Assembly: GCA_035536275.1 (NCBI GenBank) | Contig: DATLOL010000031.1 | Location: forward strand, 5,130-69,129 | Source of the DNA: Thermoanaerobaculia bacterium | GTDB taxonomy: Bacteria; Acidobacteriota; Thermoanaerobaculia; Gp7-AA8 | Length of the DNA: 64,000 nucleotides | Direction: 5' to 3' | Shown: positions 14,774-23,756 of the stretch, in pieces | How positions within the stretch are numbered: the first letter of the stretch is position 1 | Layout: each line of letters begins with the position of its first letter | The notes under the pieces: model-generated | What the model was told of the DNA's origin: nothing | Seen by the model: only the letters and a program-made list of their open reading frames with translations | Database searches by the model: none | Translations under genes and position numbers: made by a program

Positions 14774-17044
14774 ATGACCAAGCTTTCCGTACCCAACCGT
14801 CCCGCTCTCCACGAAGAACTGATCGAGCTTCTCCGCCAGCGCGGCAACCGCCTCCTGCGCCTGAGCGAGATCCACGAGCGCCTGGCCGATCCCGACGTCA
14901 CCCGCGAGGAAGTCGAGCGCGCCGTCGAAGAATTGGAACGCGACGGCGTGATCCTCGCCATGCGGGGCAAGCGCTACTCGCTGCTCGAGTTCACGCCCTA
15001 TCACGCCGGCCGCGTGAAGGTGCATCCCGACGGCCACGGCACGATCTTCGGCCCGCGCAACGCCGACGGCGAAGGCCACGACATCTACATCGACCGCAAG
15101 CACGTCAAAGGCGCCATGAACGGCGACCTCGTGGTCGTGCGCGTCGACAAGCGCCACCCTGAGTTCCGCCGCGTGCGCGACCGCAAGTTCATCGTCGGCG
15201 AGGTCGCGGAGGTGCTGCGCCGCGCGCATCGCACGGTGGTCGGACGTTTTCACCTCGAGCCGGAGCCGTTCGTCGTCCCCTTCGACACGCGCATCGATAC
15301 CGACATCCTCATCGCAAAGGACGCGACCAGGGACGCGCGCGACGGGGAGATGGTCAACGTCGAGATCGACCGCTATCCCGATCGCACCACCCACTTCGCG
15401 CAGGGTCGCGTCGTCGAGACCCTCGGATTCATCGGCGACCCGGGCGTCGACATCGAGGTGGTCATCCGCAAGCACCACCTCCCGCACGACTTTCCCGAAG
15501 ACGTGCTGCGCGATGCCGACGCGATCGCCACCGAAGTCCCCGCGGACGTGGTCGCGAAACGGGTCGACCTGCGTGACCGCAGCATCGTGACGATCGACGG
15601 CGAGACCGCGAAGGACTTCGACGACGCCGTCGAGGTCCAGCTCCTCGGCAACGGCAACTTCCTCCTCGGTGTACACATCGCCGATGTCGCCCATTACGTG
15701 ACCGAGGGAAGCACGCTCGATCGCGAGGCCTTCGAGCGCGGCACGTCGGTTTACTTTCCCGGCCGCGCGGTGCCGATGTTGCCGGAGCGCCTCTCGAACG
15801 GCATCTGCTCCCTCAACCCGAAAGTGGAGCGGCTCACGTTCTCGTGCGAGATGGAGATCGATCGCCGCGGAAAATTCATCAAGCACAAGATCTACAAGTC
15901 CGTGATCCGCACCAGGGAGCGGATGACGTACACGAACGTGAACGCGATCCTCGTCGCCAGCGGAGCGTCGCCCGCCTCGGGCGCCGAGCGCGACAAGGCG
16001 GCGGAAGAAAAAGGTCCGGAGCTCCTCGATCGCTACGGCTATCTCCTCGACGACTTCAAGCGGATGCACGAGCTCTACGAGGTGCTGCGCACGCGCCGCG
16101 AGCAGCGCGGGTCGATCGACTTCGATCTCCCTGAGGCCGAGGTGATGCTGGGCGAGTCGGGCGACATCGAGGCCATTCGTCCGACGGAGCGCAACGTTGC
16201 CCATCGGCTGATCGAAGAGTTCATGCTCGCCGCGAACGAGACCGTCGCCCGCGAGCTCGTGTTCGCGAGCCAGCCCGGCCTCTATCGCGTGCACGAACAG
16301 CCCGACCCGCAGAAGCTCGAGGACCTGCGCGAGATCCTCAAGGAGTTCAAGATCAAGCTGCGCGGCAACATCGAGGAGATCCGTCCCGGCGAGTTGCAGC
16401 GCGTGCTGAACGAAGTCGCGGGCACGCCTCAGGAACGCTTCCTCACGAACCTCATCCTCCGCTCGATGCGGCGCGCGTTCTACTCCGAGGAGTCGACCGG
16501 ACACTTCGCACTGGCGCTGGAGCACTACTGCCACTTCACGTCGCCGATCCGGCGCTATCCCGATCTCATCGTCCATCGCCGGCTCGCGGAACTGATCGAC
16601 ACCGGCGCGCTGTACGGCGAGCGCCGTGACGAGATCGAGCGGGCGCACCCGCTGTACGCGTCGCAGTCGAGCGAGCGGGAGCGTCGGGCTGACGACGCCG
16701 AGCGCGAGGTGCTGGAGTGGAAGAAGGTCATCTTCATGCGCGACAAGGTCGGCAACGACTACGGCGGCATCGTCACCGGCGTGGCGCCGTTCGGCCTCTT
16801 CGTCGAGCTGGATGAGATCTTCGTGCAGGGGCTCGTGCCGGTCGCGACCATCGGCGGCGACTTCTGGCACTACCTCGATCGCGAGCACCGCATGCGCGGC
16901 GAGTCCACCAGCCGCGAGCTCCGCCTCGGCGACAAGGTGCGCATCCGCGTCGAGTCGATCGACGAGGACAAGCACCAGATCGAGTTCCGGTTGCTGGAGG
17001 TGGGCGGGGAGAAGATTCGCGAGCGGGAGAGGGACCGGACCTGA
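14774..17044 (+). CDS. rnr: Ribonuclease R
   Basis: Track ORF. It has an N-terminal HTH/cold-shock-like region, RNB-domain motifs (TIDGETAKDFDDAV, HIADVAHYV, FTSPIRRYPDL) and a C-terminal S1 domain. Confidence 0.92.
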   Translation: MTKLSVPNRPALHEELIELLRQRGNRLLRLSEIHERLADPDVTREEVERAVEELERDGVILAMRGKRYSLLEFTPYHAGRVKVHPDGHGTIFGPRNADGEGHDIYIDRKHVKGAMNGDLVVVRVDKRHPEFRRVRDRKFIVGEVAEVLRRAHRTVVGRFHLEPEPFVVPFDTRIDTDILIAKDATRDARDGEMVNVEIDRYPDRTTHFAQGRVVETLGFIGDPGVDIEVVIRKHHLPHDFPEDVLRDADAIATEVPADVVAKRVDLRDRSIVTIDGETAKDFDDAVEVQLLGNGNFLLGVHIADVAHYVTEGSTLDREAFERGTSVYFPGRAVPMLPERLSNGICSLNPKVERLTFSCEMEIDRRGKFIKHKIYKSVIRTRERMTYTNVNAILVASGASPASGAERDKAAEEKGPELLDRYGYLLDDFKRMHELYEVLRTRREQRGSIDFDLPEAEVMLGESGDIEAIRPTERNVAHRLIEEFMLAANETVARELVFASQPGLYRVHEQPDPQKLEDLREILKEFKIKLRGNIEEIRPGELQRVLNEVAGTPQERFLTNLILRSMRRAFYSEESTGHFALALEHYCHFTSPIRRYPDLIVHRRLAELIDTGALYGERRDEIERAHPLYASQSSERERRADDAEREVLEWKKVIFMRDKVGNDYGGIVTGVAPFGLFVELDEIFVQGLVPVATIGGDFWHYLDREHRMRGESTSRELRLGDKVRIRVESIDEDKHQIEFRLLEVGGEKIRERERDRT

Positions 17045-17045
17045 T

Positions 17046-17143
17046 GTTGCTGGTTCCTGGTTGCTGGTTGCTCGTGCTGCATGGCCTGAAACCCAGGCGG
17101 CGCGAGGAACCAGCAACACAGCAACCAGCAACATAGCAACAAC
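17046..17143. repeat. Inverted arrays of heptamer GTTGCTG (about 98-nt imperfect hairpin) directly after the rnr stop
   Basis: The left arm is gttgctg gttcctg gttgctg gttgctc gtgctgc (17046-17080). An apical GCCTG-aaacc-CAGGC follows. The right arm is cagcaac acagcaac cagcaac atagcaac (17112-17140). Confidence 0.9.
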
Positions 17144-17181
17144 TTCTGGCCCTCCAGTTGCTTGGCACCTAGAATCTAGTT

Positions 17182-18267
17182 ATGGCCGAACGTGACCTCG
17201 CGGCGCGCTTGAAGCAACTGGTGGACGAGCGCGTCGCCCTCGAAACGAAACTTCAGAACGAGCCGGGCGAGCTCGAAGGCGGCGCTGTCCGCGACTACGA
17301 CGCGCGCTATCAATCGCTCCAGAAACAGCTCGCCAACCTCTTTCGCGACGCGAACGCGGACCAGCAGCGCATCACCGTCATGCTCGAGATGATGCGCATC
17401 CTCGAGAACCGGCTGGTTTACCTGCAGAACTTCATCGTCGATCCCACCGCGGAGAACCGCGTCCTCGCGCAACTGGTGACGAAATTCATCGACGACGTGA
17501 GCCGCGACCGCAGCACCGTCCTGACCACGCTCGAGGCGACCTACTACCGCGCCGTGGCCGCGCTCTACGCGGGCGACCTGCCCAAGGCCCGGGAGGGATT
17601 CAGCGCCGCGTGCGCATCCGAGGAGTCGGACGAGGCCAACGACATCAAGTACAAGTCGTACGTCATCCTCGGCCATCTCTCGCACGAGGAAGCCGACTAC
17701 GCGAAAGCGAAGGATCTGCACGACCAGTCGATGCGTTACTCATCGAACGACAACGTCACGGCCCAAGCGCTCGCACTGAAGGCGTTGAACTCGTACGCCC
17801 TGTCCGACCACGACGACGCGCTCCATCTCTTCCAGGAAGCGCTCACGCTGTTCGACGAGAACAAGCCGTTCTTCAACTCGTACTTTTACCGGAACGCGCT
17901 GCTGTTCTGCGGCGCGATTCACTTCGATCGCAAGCAGTTCGACGACGCCGCGTCGTTCTACCGCCGCGTCTGCGCGACCGTCGACCAGACCTCCTTCGAC
18001 TACTTCGACGCGCTCTCGCACATCGGTCGCATCGAGTACACCCAGGGCCACTACGAAGAGGCCATCGCATCGTTCGACCGGGCCGTGCAGACTCACCGCT
18101 TCAGCGAGAACGAGTACGTGGTCGACACGTGGTTCTGGCTGGCCCGCTGCCATCTGCGCCGCAACGACGCCGGCGAGGCCCGCAAGTACCTCGAGAAGAT
18201 CGCCGCGACCGACGTCCGCTACGAGAAGAAGCCGCAGGCAGTCGAGCTCCTGCAGAGAATCGCGTGA
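17182..18267 (+). CDS. TPR-repeat protein with N-terminal coiled-coil
   Basis: Track ORF with ATG start. It shows repeated A..Y..A..F..A helical-pair patterns typical of TPR. Confidence 0.7.
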   Translation: MAERDLAARLKQLVDERVALETKLQNEPGELEGGAVRDYDARYQSLQKQLANLFRDANADQQRITVMLEMMRILENRLVYLQNFIVDPTAENRVLAQLVTKFIDDVSRDRSTVLTTLEATYYRAVAALYAGDLPKAREGFSAACASEESDEANDIKYKSYVILGHLSHEEADYAKAKDLHDQSMRYSSNDNVTAQALALKALNSYALSDHDDALHLFQEALTLFDENKPFFNSYFYRNALLFCGAIHFDRKQFDDAASFYRRVCATVDQTSFDYFDALSHIGRIEYTQGHYEEAIASFDRAVQTHRFSENEYVVDTWFWLARCHLRRNDAGEARKYLEKIAATDVRYEKKPQAVELLQRIA

Positions 18268-18683
18268 CGGTCGAGCAATTCGAACAGCACGTGATGGCGG
18301 GCCTGCTCGCCGGCAACGATCCGCTCCTCGACGCGCTGCGGAAGCAGTACGCCGCCGCGACGGTCCGCGATCGCGAGACCACCGCGAACGGGTTCATCAC
18401 CCGCTTCGAGGTCCCCGCCACCGCGCCGTCCATCGAACGGAAGCTGCTGCATCTCGACGATCTGCAGGTCGAGCTGGCAGGCACGAAGTCGCCGGTCGAC
18501 GCGTCCCTGCACGTCTTCAACGGCCGGCTGAAATCGCTGGAGTGCTTTCTCTACGAGGGCGCGTTCCCGTCGGAGCCGGAGATTCGCGCAGCGTGGTACT
18601 ACGGAACGCAGAAGTATCCGGGGATCACGCCGGAGCTCATGGACGAGCGCGACCTCGAGGAGCTGCTCGAGGAAGACGAGTGA
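18264..18683 (+). CDS. Hypothetical protein (139 aa)
   Basis: An in-frame GTG at 18264 forms a GTGA overlap with the TPR gene stop; an alternative ATG lies at 18294. The codon pattern looks coding, but I recognise no motif. Confidence 0.5.
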   Translation: MTVEQFEQHVMAGLLAGNDPLLDALRKQYAAATVRDRETTANGFITRFEVPATAPSIERKLLHLDDLQVELAGTKSPVDASLHVFNGRLKSLECFLYEGAFPSEPEIRAAWYYGTQKYPGITPELMDERDLEELLEEDE

Positions 18684-18692
18684 CACGCGGTG

Positions 18693-19691
18693 TCACTTCT
18701 CCGCGGGAACGACGACGACGTCGCTGTAACGATCGTATAGATTCGTCACCCAGATCTCCGGGCGCTTGCCTTTGATCTCGATCTCGAACGGCTCGTTCGT
18801 CTTGCCGAGGACGAGCTCTCCGCCCATCACCCGCGCTTCGATGGGCTTGCCGGTGATCGAGTCGACCGCGGTGACGGTGACGCTGTTCTTGCCGCGCTTC
18901 AGTTTCGCGGGCTTCATCTCGATCTTCATCGCCGCGACTTCGACGGGCAGGCGGAACGACTCGCTGCGATACCCCGGCGCCTCGATGCGCACCTGCGGCG
19001 CGACCACGTCGCGATGCCCTGCAGCGTTCGGGACGCGGAACAGCTTGATCTGCTTCCACGGCACTTTGTAGAACGTGGTGGGCAGGCCGTTCGGAACGTC
19101 CTCGGCGTAAATCTGCTGCGCGCTCTCGATGTGCAGGCGCGCCTGCACGGGGACGCGGGTCACGCTGTCGACGGCGTGAACGCGGAACCAGCCCGGATAG
19201 CTCGCGCCGAACGCCGGCGGATCGAGCCACCACTCGAGGGTGCGCTCCGCGTTCGGCTTGTGCGTCTCAAGGCACGGCCGCATGGCCGTCCACGCTTCCT
19301 TGCTGTTGTTGTCCTGACCGGCGAGGACCGCGGTCATCGCGAAGGTGCATTTTTCGCGATCGCTGCCTTCGTAGCGATTGCAGATCGCGAACGCCTCTTC
19401 CTGGGCGATGTCGTTGCAGTAGAGGTTGTCGTTCGCGGCGGTGGCGTAGCAGGTCGCGGCCTTCGCCCAGATCGGCGTGAGCGCGTCACTCAGCTCCTTC
19501 CAGTGTGCGTCGACCCACTCCTGCCCGACGTCGTAGCCGCGGAGGGCCGCGATCTGCGAGATCTCGGACTGCGGGAAGGTCCTGCCTGCGGCAGCGACCG
19601 CTTCGGCCGGCGCGCACGGGCTCGGCGTGTACGTGGCCGGGAAGGGCTCGCGCGCTGCGAGAAGCAGGAAGATGCCGAGGATCGAGCTCAT
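18693..19691 (-). CDS. Secreted Cys-rich hypothetical protein
   Basis: Track ORF. It has the N-terminal hydrophobic signal MSSILGIFLLLAA, six Cys in the N-terminal half and a beta-rich C-terminal half. Its start is 7 nt downstream of the upstream gene. Confidence 0.65.
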   Translation of the reverse strand: MSSILGIFLLLAAREPFPATYTPSPCAPAEAVAAAGRTFPQSEISQIAALRGYDVGQEWVDAHWKELSDALTPIWAKAATCYATAANDNLYCNDIAQEEAFAICNRYEGSDREKCTFAMTAVLAGQDNNSKEAWTAMRPCLETHKPNAERTLEWWLDPPAFGASYPGWFRVHAVDSVTRVPVQARLHIESAQQIYAEDVPNGLPTTFYKVPWKQIKLFRVPNAAGHRDVVAPQVRIEAPGYRSESFRLPVEVAAMKIEMKPAKLKRGKNSVTVTAVDSITGKPIEARVMGGELVLGKTNEPFEIEIKGKRPEIWVTNLYDRYSDVVVVPAEK

Positions 19692-19698
19692 GGTCGCG

Positions 19699-20826
19699 TT
19701 AGTGGAACCGCGTCACCACGAACGCTATGTCGTCCTTGAATTCTTCCGTGGCCGAGAAGCCGCTCACGTCGGAGAAGATCGCGTCGTAGACGGTGGCGAG
19801 GTCGGCGTCGTTCGATTGCTCGATGACCGCGGCCACGCGATCGATCGAGTAGAAGTCGCCGCGGTCGTTCACGCGATCGGTCAATCCATCGGTGTAGACG
19901 AAGAGCGTGTCGCCGGGAGCGACGCCGAAGGAATGCTCCTCGAAGGCCATGTTGGGCATGGCGCCGAGGAGATTGCTGGGCTGTTCGAGCATGTGGGTCT
20001 TCCCGCTGGCGCGGCTGTGCAGCAGGAACGGCGGATGCGCGGCGTTGGCGTACACGAGATTGCGGTTCTCGACGCGGAACAGCGCGGCGGTGGCGAACTG
20101 CGTGGGCAGGCTGACGGTGAAGAAGAAGTCGCTGAGCCGGGCCATGAAATCGGCGAGCGAACGCTCCGTCGCGGCCTCGCTGTGGATGTAGCTCTTGAGC
20201 ACCGACACGAGAATGGCCGCGGGCAGGCCGTGGCCGGACACGTCGGCCACGAAGAGGTACATCGACTCGTTCTGCACGAAGTAATCGTAGAAGTCGCCGG
20301 ACAAGGTCTCGCTGGGGATGTATGCGGAACGGATCTCGACGCCCTTGGAGACGAAGTTGTTCGGCGGCACGAGCGCTTCCTGCACCCGCCGCGCGATCTG
20401 GAGGTCGCGTGTCATCTGGTGATTCATGCGCCGCAACTGGTCCTGATAGGTCTTCATGCGCAGCAGCGCCCGCAGCCGGGCCACGACGATCTCGATGTCC
20501 GAGCCCTTGGTCACGAAGTCATCGGCCCCGGCCCCGAGTCCCTGCACGACGTGCTCGGCGGAATCGGACCCGGTCAGCATGAGCACGGGGATGGTGTGCA
20601 GTTGCGGATCGGACTTGATGCGCCGCGTCACCTCGAACCCGTCGATGCCGGGCATGCGGTAGTCGACGATGATGGCGTCGGGTAGGAGCTGCCCGGCCAG
20701 GCGGATCCCCTCCTCGCCCGAGGGCGCGGGAATGGCGTCGTACCCCCGTCGCTCGAGGAACCTGCGTGTTACCTGCAGGTCATTCGCGTTGTCGTCGATG
20801 ACGACGATGCGCTCCCGCTTTTCCAT
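19699..20826 (-). CDS. Response regulator with PP2C/SpoIIE phosphatase output (RsbU-like)
   Basis: Track ORF. The receiver part has VIDDN and IIVDYRMPGIDG. The PP2C/SpoIIE part has SGDFYDYF and FVADVSGHGLPAA. Confidence 0.85.
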   Translation of the reverse strand: MEKRERIVVIDDNANDLQVTRRFLERRGYDAIPAPSGEEGIRLAGQLLPDAIIVDYRMPGIDGFEVTRRIKSDPQLHTIPVLMLTGSDSAEHVVQGLGAGADDFVTKGSDIEIVVARLRALLRMKTYQDQLRRMNHQMTRDLQIARRVQEALVPPNNFVSKGVEIRSAYIPSETLSGDFYDYFVQNESMYLFVADVSGHGLPAAILVSVLKSYIHSEAATERSLADFMARLSDFFFTVSLPTQFATAALFRVENRNLVYANAAHPPFLLHSRASGKTHMLEQPSNLLGAMPNMAFEEHSFGVAPGDTLFVYTDGLTDRVNDRGDFYSIDRVAAVIEQSNDADLATVYDAIFSDVSGFSATEEFKDDIAFVVTRFH

Positions 20827-20847
20827 CAGAAATGTGCGCCGGGATTA

Positions 20848-20863
20848 TGCAGGAAGATCGCCA
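20848..20863 (-). promoter_or_regulatory. Sigma-54-like -24/-12 box
   Basis: The minus strand reads TGGCGATCTTCCTGCA (TGGC-N8-TGCA, with correct GG-N10-GC spacing). It ends 21 nt upstream of the ATG at 20826. Confidence 0.3.
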
Positions 20864-20888
20864 GTAGAGGGGGAAGGAGTGATGGGGG

Positions 20889-21242
20889 TCACTCGGTGGC
20901 GAGGAGGGCGCGGACTTCGGTGAGGAGAAGGGGGAGGTCGTCGTGGATGATGTCCCAGATCCGCTCGGTCTCGATATTGGGATAGTTGTGCACGAGCTGA
21001 TTGCGGAGGTTTACGATCCGTCGCGTGTCGCTGATTCTTTCCGCGAGTTCAGGATCGACCTGCAAGGCCCGCTGTAATGCTTCGCCGATGATGATGAGCT
21101 CGCGCTCGATTGCCAGCGCTAGTACCTGTTCGCTCTCATAGTCTTCACGCCTCCGGCCTTCGATGAACGTCTGGATGTCGTGCGCTGCGCGCTCGATGTG
21201 CCAGAGACGCGACTTGCGCTCAAGCTGCTGCAGGTGATCCAT
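20889..21242 (-). CDS. hepT: HepT (DUF86, HEPN-fold) toxin of a type VII toxin-antitoxin pair
   Basis: Track ORF. It carries the R-x4-H-x-Y motif LRNQLVHNY, is 117 aa long, and lies downstream of and overlapping an MNT gene. Confidence 0.85.
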   Translation of the reverse strand: MDHLQQLERKSRLWHIERAAHDIQTFIEGRRREDYESEQVLALAIERELIIIGEALQRALQVDPELAERISDTRRIVNLRNQLVHNYPNIETERIWDIIHDDLPLLLTEVRALLATE

Positions 21243-21552
21243 AGACCGGCTGCTGCGTCAGAGCGAGCACCTCGATGAAGTATGGGTTCTCGATGGCCCG
21301 TCGTTCTACGAGATCCACACGCCGCCCAAACAAGTCCTGCAGACCCTCGAGAAGCTGAAAGTATGGCCCTCGCAGCCCGCCGACCGGAGTGCCTGGCAGA
21401 AACTCCACCACAAAATCCAGATCGCTCTTCTCCGAATCGAAGGTGCCCTTCACCGCGGAGCCGAAGATCGCGAGGTTCTTCACGCCGTGCCGGGCGCACA
21501 GCGCCCGCACCTCGGGGAGGCGCTCGGCGATGAGGGGTGGTAGCGCGTTCAT
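21220..21552 (-). CDS. mntA: MNT-family nucleotidyltransferase antitoxin
   Basis: An in-frame ATG at 21552 (residue 121 of track ORF 21220..21912). It has FGSAVKG..SDLDFVV (GS-x-n-DxD) and overlaps hepT by 23 nt. Confidence 0.85.
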   Translation of the reverse strand: MNALPPLIAERLPEVRALCARHGVKNLAIFGSAVKGTFDSEKSDLDFVVEFLPGTPVGGLRGPYFQLLEGLQDLFGRRVDLVERRAIENPYFIEVLALTQQPVYGSPAAA

Positions 21553-21579
21553 GGCGGGGATTGTACCCTTCGCCACCGC

Positions 21580-22155
21580 ATGAAGCTGATCGTGGGACTG
21601 GGCAACCCGGGTGCGGAGTACGAGCGCACCCGGCACAACGTCGGATGGATGGTGGTCGACGCGTTCGCGCGGAAGTTTCGCATCGACGTCTCCAGGCATG
21701 AGAAATACGCGCACACGGGGAGCGGGCGGGTGGCGGGGGGCTCGGTCATGGTGGCCAAGCCGCTCACGTACATGAACCTCTCCGGCGATGCGGTAAAGCT
21801 GCTCGTCAACGCCTACCTCGAGTCCACGGACGATCTCATGGTGGTGTACGACGACATCGATCTGCCGCTGGGAAAGCTCCGCATCCGGCCGTCCGGCTCC
21901 AGCGGCACGCACAACGGAATGCGCTCGATCGTGCAGACGCTGGAGAGCGAGCGTTTCCCGCGCCTGCGCGTCGGCATCGGCGCCGCGGACGGCGGGCGTC
22001 TGCGCGACTACGTGCTCGACGAATTCGCGCCGGACGAGCAGTCAATCGTCGACCGCGCGATCGAGCGCGCCGTCGACGCACTGGTGCTCTTCACGCGCGG
22101 CGATCTCCGTCGCGCGATGAACGAGTTCAATCGCGACGACGAGCCTGCACCCTGA
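21580..22155 (+). CDS. pth: Peptidyl-tRNA hydrolase
   Basis: Track ORF. It opens MKLIVGLGNPGAEYERTRHNVG and contains GTHNGMRS. Confidence 0.92.
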   Translation: MKLIVGLGNPGAEYERTRHNVGWMVVDAFARKFRIDVSRHEKYAHTGSGRVAGGSVMVAKPLTYMNLSGDAVKLLVNAYLESTDDLMVVYDDIDLPLGKLRIRPSGSSGTHNGMRSIVQTLESERFPRLRVGIGAADGGRLRDYVLDEFAPDEQSIVDRAIERAVDALVLFTRGDLRRAMNEFNRDDEPAP

Positions 22156-22169
22156 GCTATGCTCCCCGG

Positions 22170-23756
22170 ATGATCTCGATCCACACCCTCGGCGAGCTGC
22201 GCGCCTCCGGCTACCGCGTCAAATCGGTGAAGGACGAGATGCGCGCCAACCTGCTCGCCCGAATCTCGCGCGGCGAGAACACCTTCCCCGGCATCCACGG
22301 CTACGAGCGCACGGTCATCCCGGCCATCCACAACGCCATCCTCTCCCGGCACGACATCATCCTTCTCGGACTGCGCGGGCAGGCCAAGACGCGCATCCTC
22401 CGCGCGCTCACGGCCCTGCTCGACGAGCGGGTGCCGATCGTCGACGGATGCGAGATCAACGACTCGCCGTTCGATCCGGCCTGCAAACGCTGCCGGCGGC
22501 TGGCGGCGGAACAGGGCGACGATCTGCGCATCGGCTGGATCGCGCGCGACGAGCGATACCGCGAGAAGCTGGCCACGCCGGACGTCACTGTGGCGGACCT
22601 CATCGGCGACATCGACCCGATCAAGGCCGCGAACCAGCGCCTCACGTACGCGGACGAGGAAGTGATTCACTACGGCATCATCCCGCGCACGAACCGAGGG
22701 ATCTTTGCCATCAACGAGCTGCCCGACCTGGCGCCGCGCATTCAGGTCGCGCTGCTGAACATTCTGGAAGAGCGCGACCTGCAAATCCGTGGATTTCCGG
22801 TGCGCATCCCGATGGACGTGGTGCTGGTCTTCAGTGCGAATCCCGAGGACTACACGAGCCGCGGAAACATCATCACGCCGCTCAAGGACCGCATCGACTC
22901 GCAGATCCTCACCCACTATCCGCAGAAGATCGAGACGGCGCGGCGAATCACCGAGCAGGAGGCGTGGCTCGACCGCGAGGGCGGCGCCGAGATCGAAGTC
23001 CCGGCGTACATCCGCGACCTCATCGAGTCGGTCGCGTTCGTCGCGCGAGAGTCCGAGCTCGTCGACCAATCCTCGGGCGTTTCCGCGCGACTGACCATCG
23101 CGGCGATGGAGCTGTTGCAGTCGAATCTGGAACGCCGTGCGGCGATGACGCACGATCGCGTCGTCTTCCCGCGGCTCGCGGACTTGTCGATGATCCTGCC
23201 CGCCATCACCGGCAAAGTGGAGATGGTGTACGAGGGCGAGCAGCAGGGCTCGGAGGTGGTCGCGCGCAAGCTGATCGGGCAGGCGGTGTCGAAGCTGTTC
23301 GAGTCGAAGTTTCCGCCCATCGAGCGCGCCGGCGTGGCCCAGCGCGCGGAGCGGGAGCGCCGCGGTTACGGCGAGATCGATCCGGATGATCTCGACGACG
23401 CGTTCTCCGGACGTCGCGCGAAGCGCAAGGAGCCGCGGCGCGAGGAAGCGAAGCCGGCCAGCGAGGCCGAGCCGGCTTACGAGTCCATCGTGGCCTGGTT
23501 CGCCGATGGGAACAAGGTGATGGTTTCGGACGAGCAGCCGTTCGCGGAATTCTTCCGCGAGCTCAATCGCATCGCCGGACTGGCCGATGTCGCGCGCCGC
23601 CACTCGGGCGCGCAGAGCGACGAGGAGCTGGCGTTCTGGATGGAGATGGTGCTGGAGGGATTGCACCAGTCGCTGCGCCTGTCGCGCGAGGACCTCGACT
23701 CGACCATCACGTGGCAGGAGTTGATGAAGTTCAACGTGCTGCGGACGGTGAGGTAG
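22170..23756 (+). CDS. AAA+ ATPase, Mg-chelatase ChlI / MoxR-like fold
   Basis: Track ORF. It has a Walker A-like GLRGQAKT, a Walker B-like GIFAINELPDL, and LLNILEERDLQIRGFPVRIPMDVVLVFSANP, which is typical of chelatase-type AAA+ proteins. The C-terminal region is acidic/basic. Confidence 0.75.
   Translation: MISIHTLGELRASGYRVKSVKDEMRANLLARISRGENTFPGIHGYERTVIPAIHNAILSRHDIILLGLRGQAKTRILRALTALLDERVPIVDGCEINDSPFDPACKRCRRLAAEQGDDLRIGWIARDERYREKLATPDVTVADLIGDIDPIKAANQRLTYADEEVIHYGIIPRTNRGIFAINELPDLAPRIQVALLNILEERDLQIRGFPVRIPMDVVLVFSANPEDYTSRGNIITPLKDRIDSQILTHYPQKIETARRITEQEAWLDREGGAEIEVPAYIRDLIESVAFVARESELVDQSSGVSARLTIAAMELLQSNLERRAAMTHDRVVFPRLADLSMILPAITGKVEMVYEGEQQGSEVVARKLIGQAVSKLFESKFPPIERAGVAQRAERERRGYGEIDPDDLDDAFSGRRAKRKEPRREEAKPASEAEPAYESIVAWFADGNKVMVSDEQPFAEFFRELNRIAGLADVARRHSGAQSDEELAFWMEMVLEGLHQSLRLSREDLDSTITWQELMKFNVLRTVR

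Noticed and set aside
14429-17134. A 901-aa minus-strand ORF antisense to rnr, together with similar long shadow ORFs at 2756-5221, 363-2378, 49393-51303, 51719-53851, 53572-55710, 22008-23804, 34203-35594 and 56623-58113
   Set aside because: All lie antisense to or out of frame over genes with strong family motifs. They show no motifs themselves and have the skewed R/A/G/D/E/V/L composition expected from stop-codon-poor high-GC DNA.
17163-17178. TGGCAC hexamer upstream of the TPR gene, considered as a sigma-54 -24 element
   Set aside because: The sequence at the -12 position (ATCTA) lacks the TTGC/GC element. The region is better explained by the TAGAAT box and the 11-bp palindrome CTAGAATCTAG.
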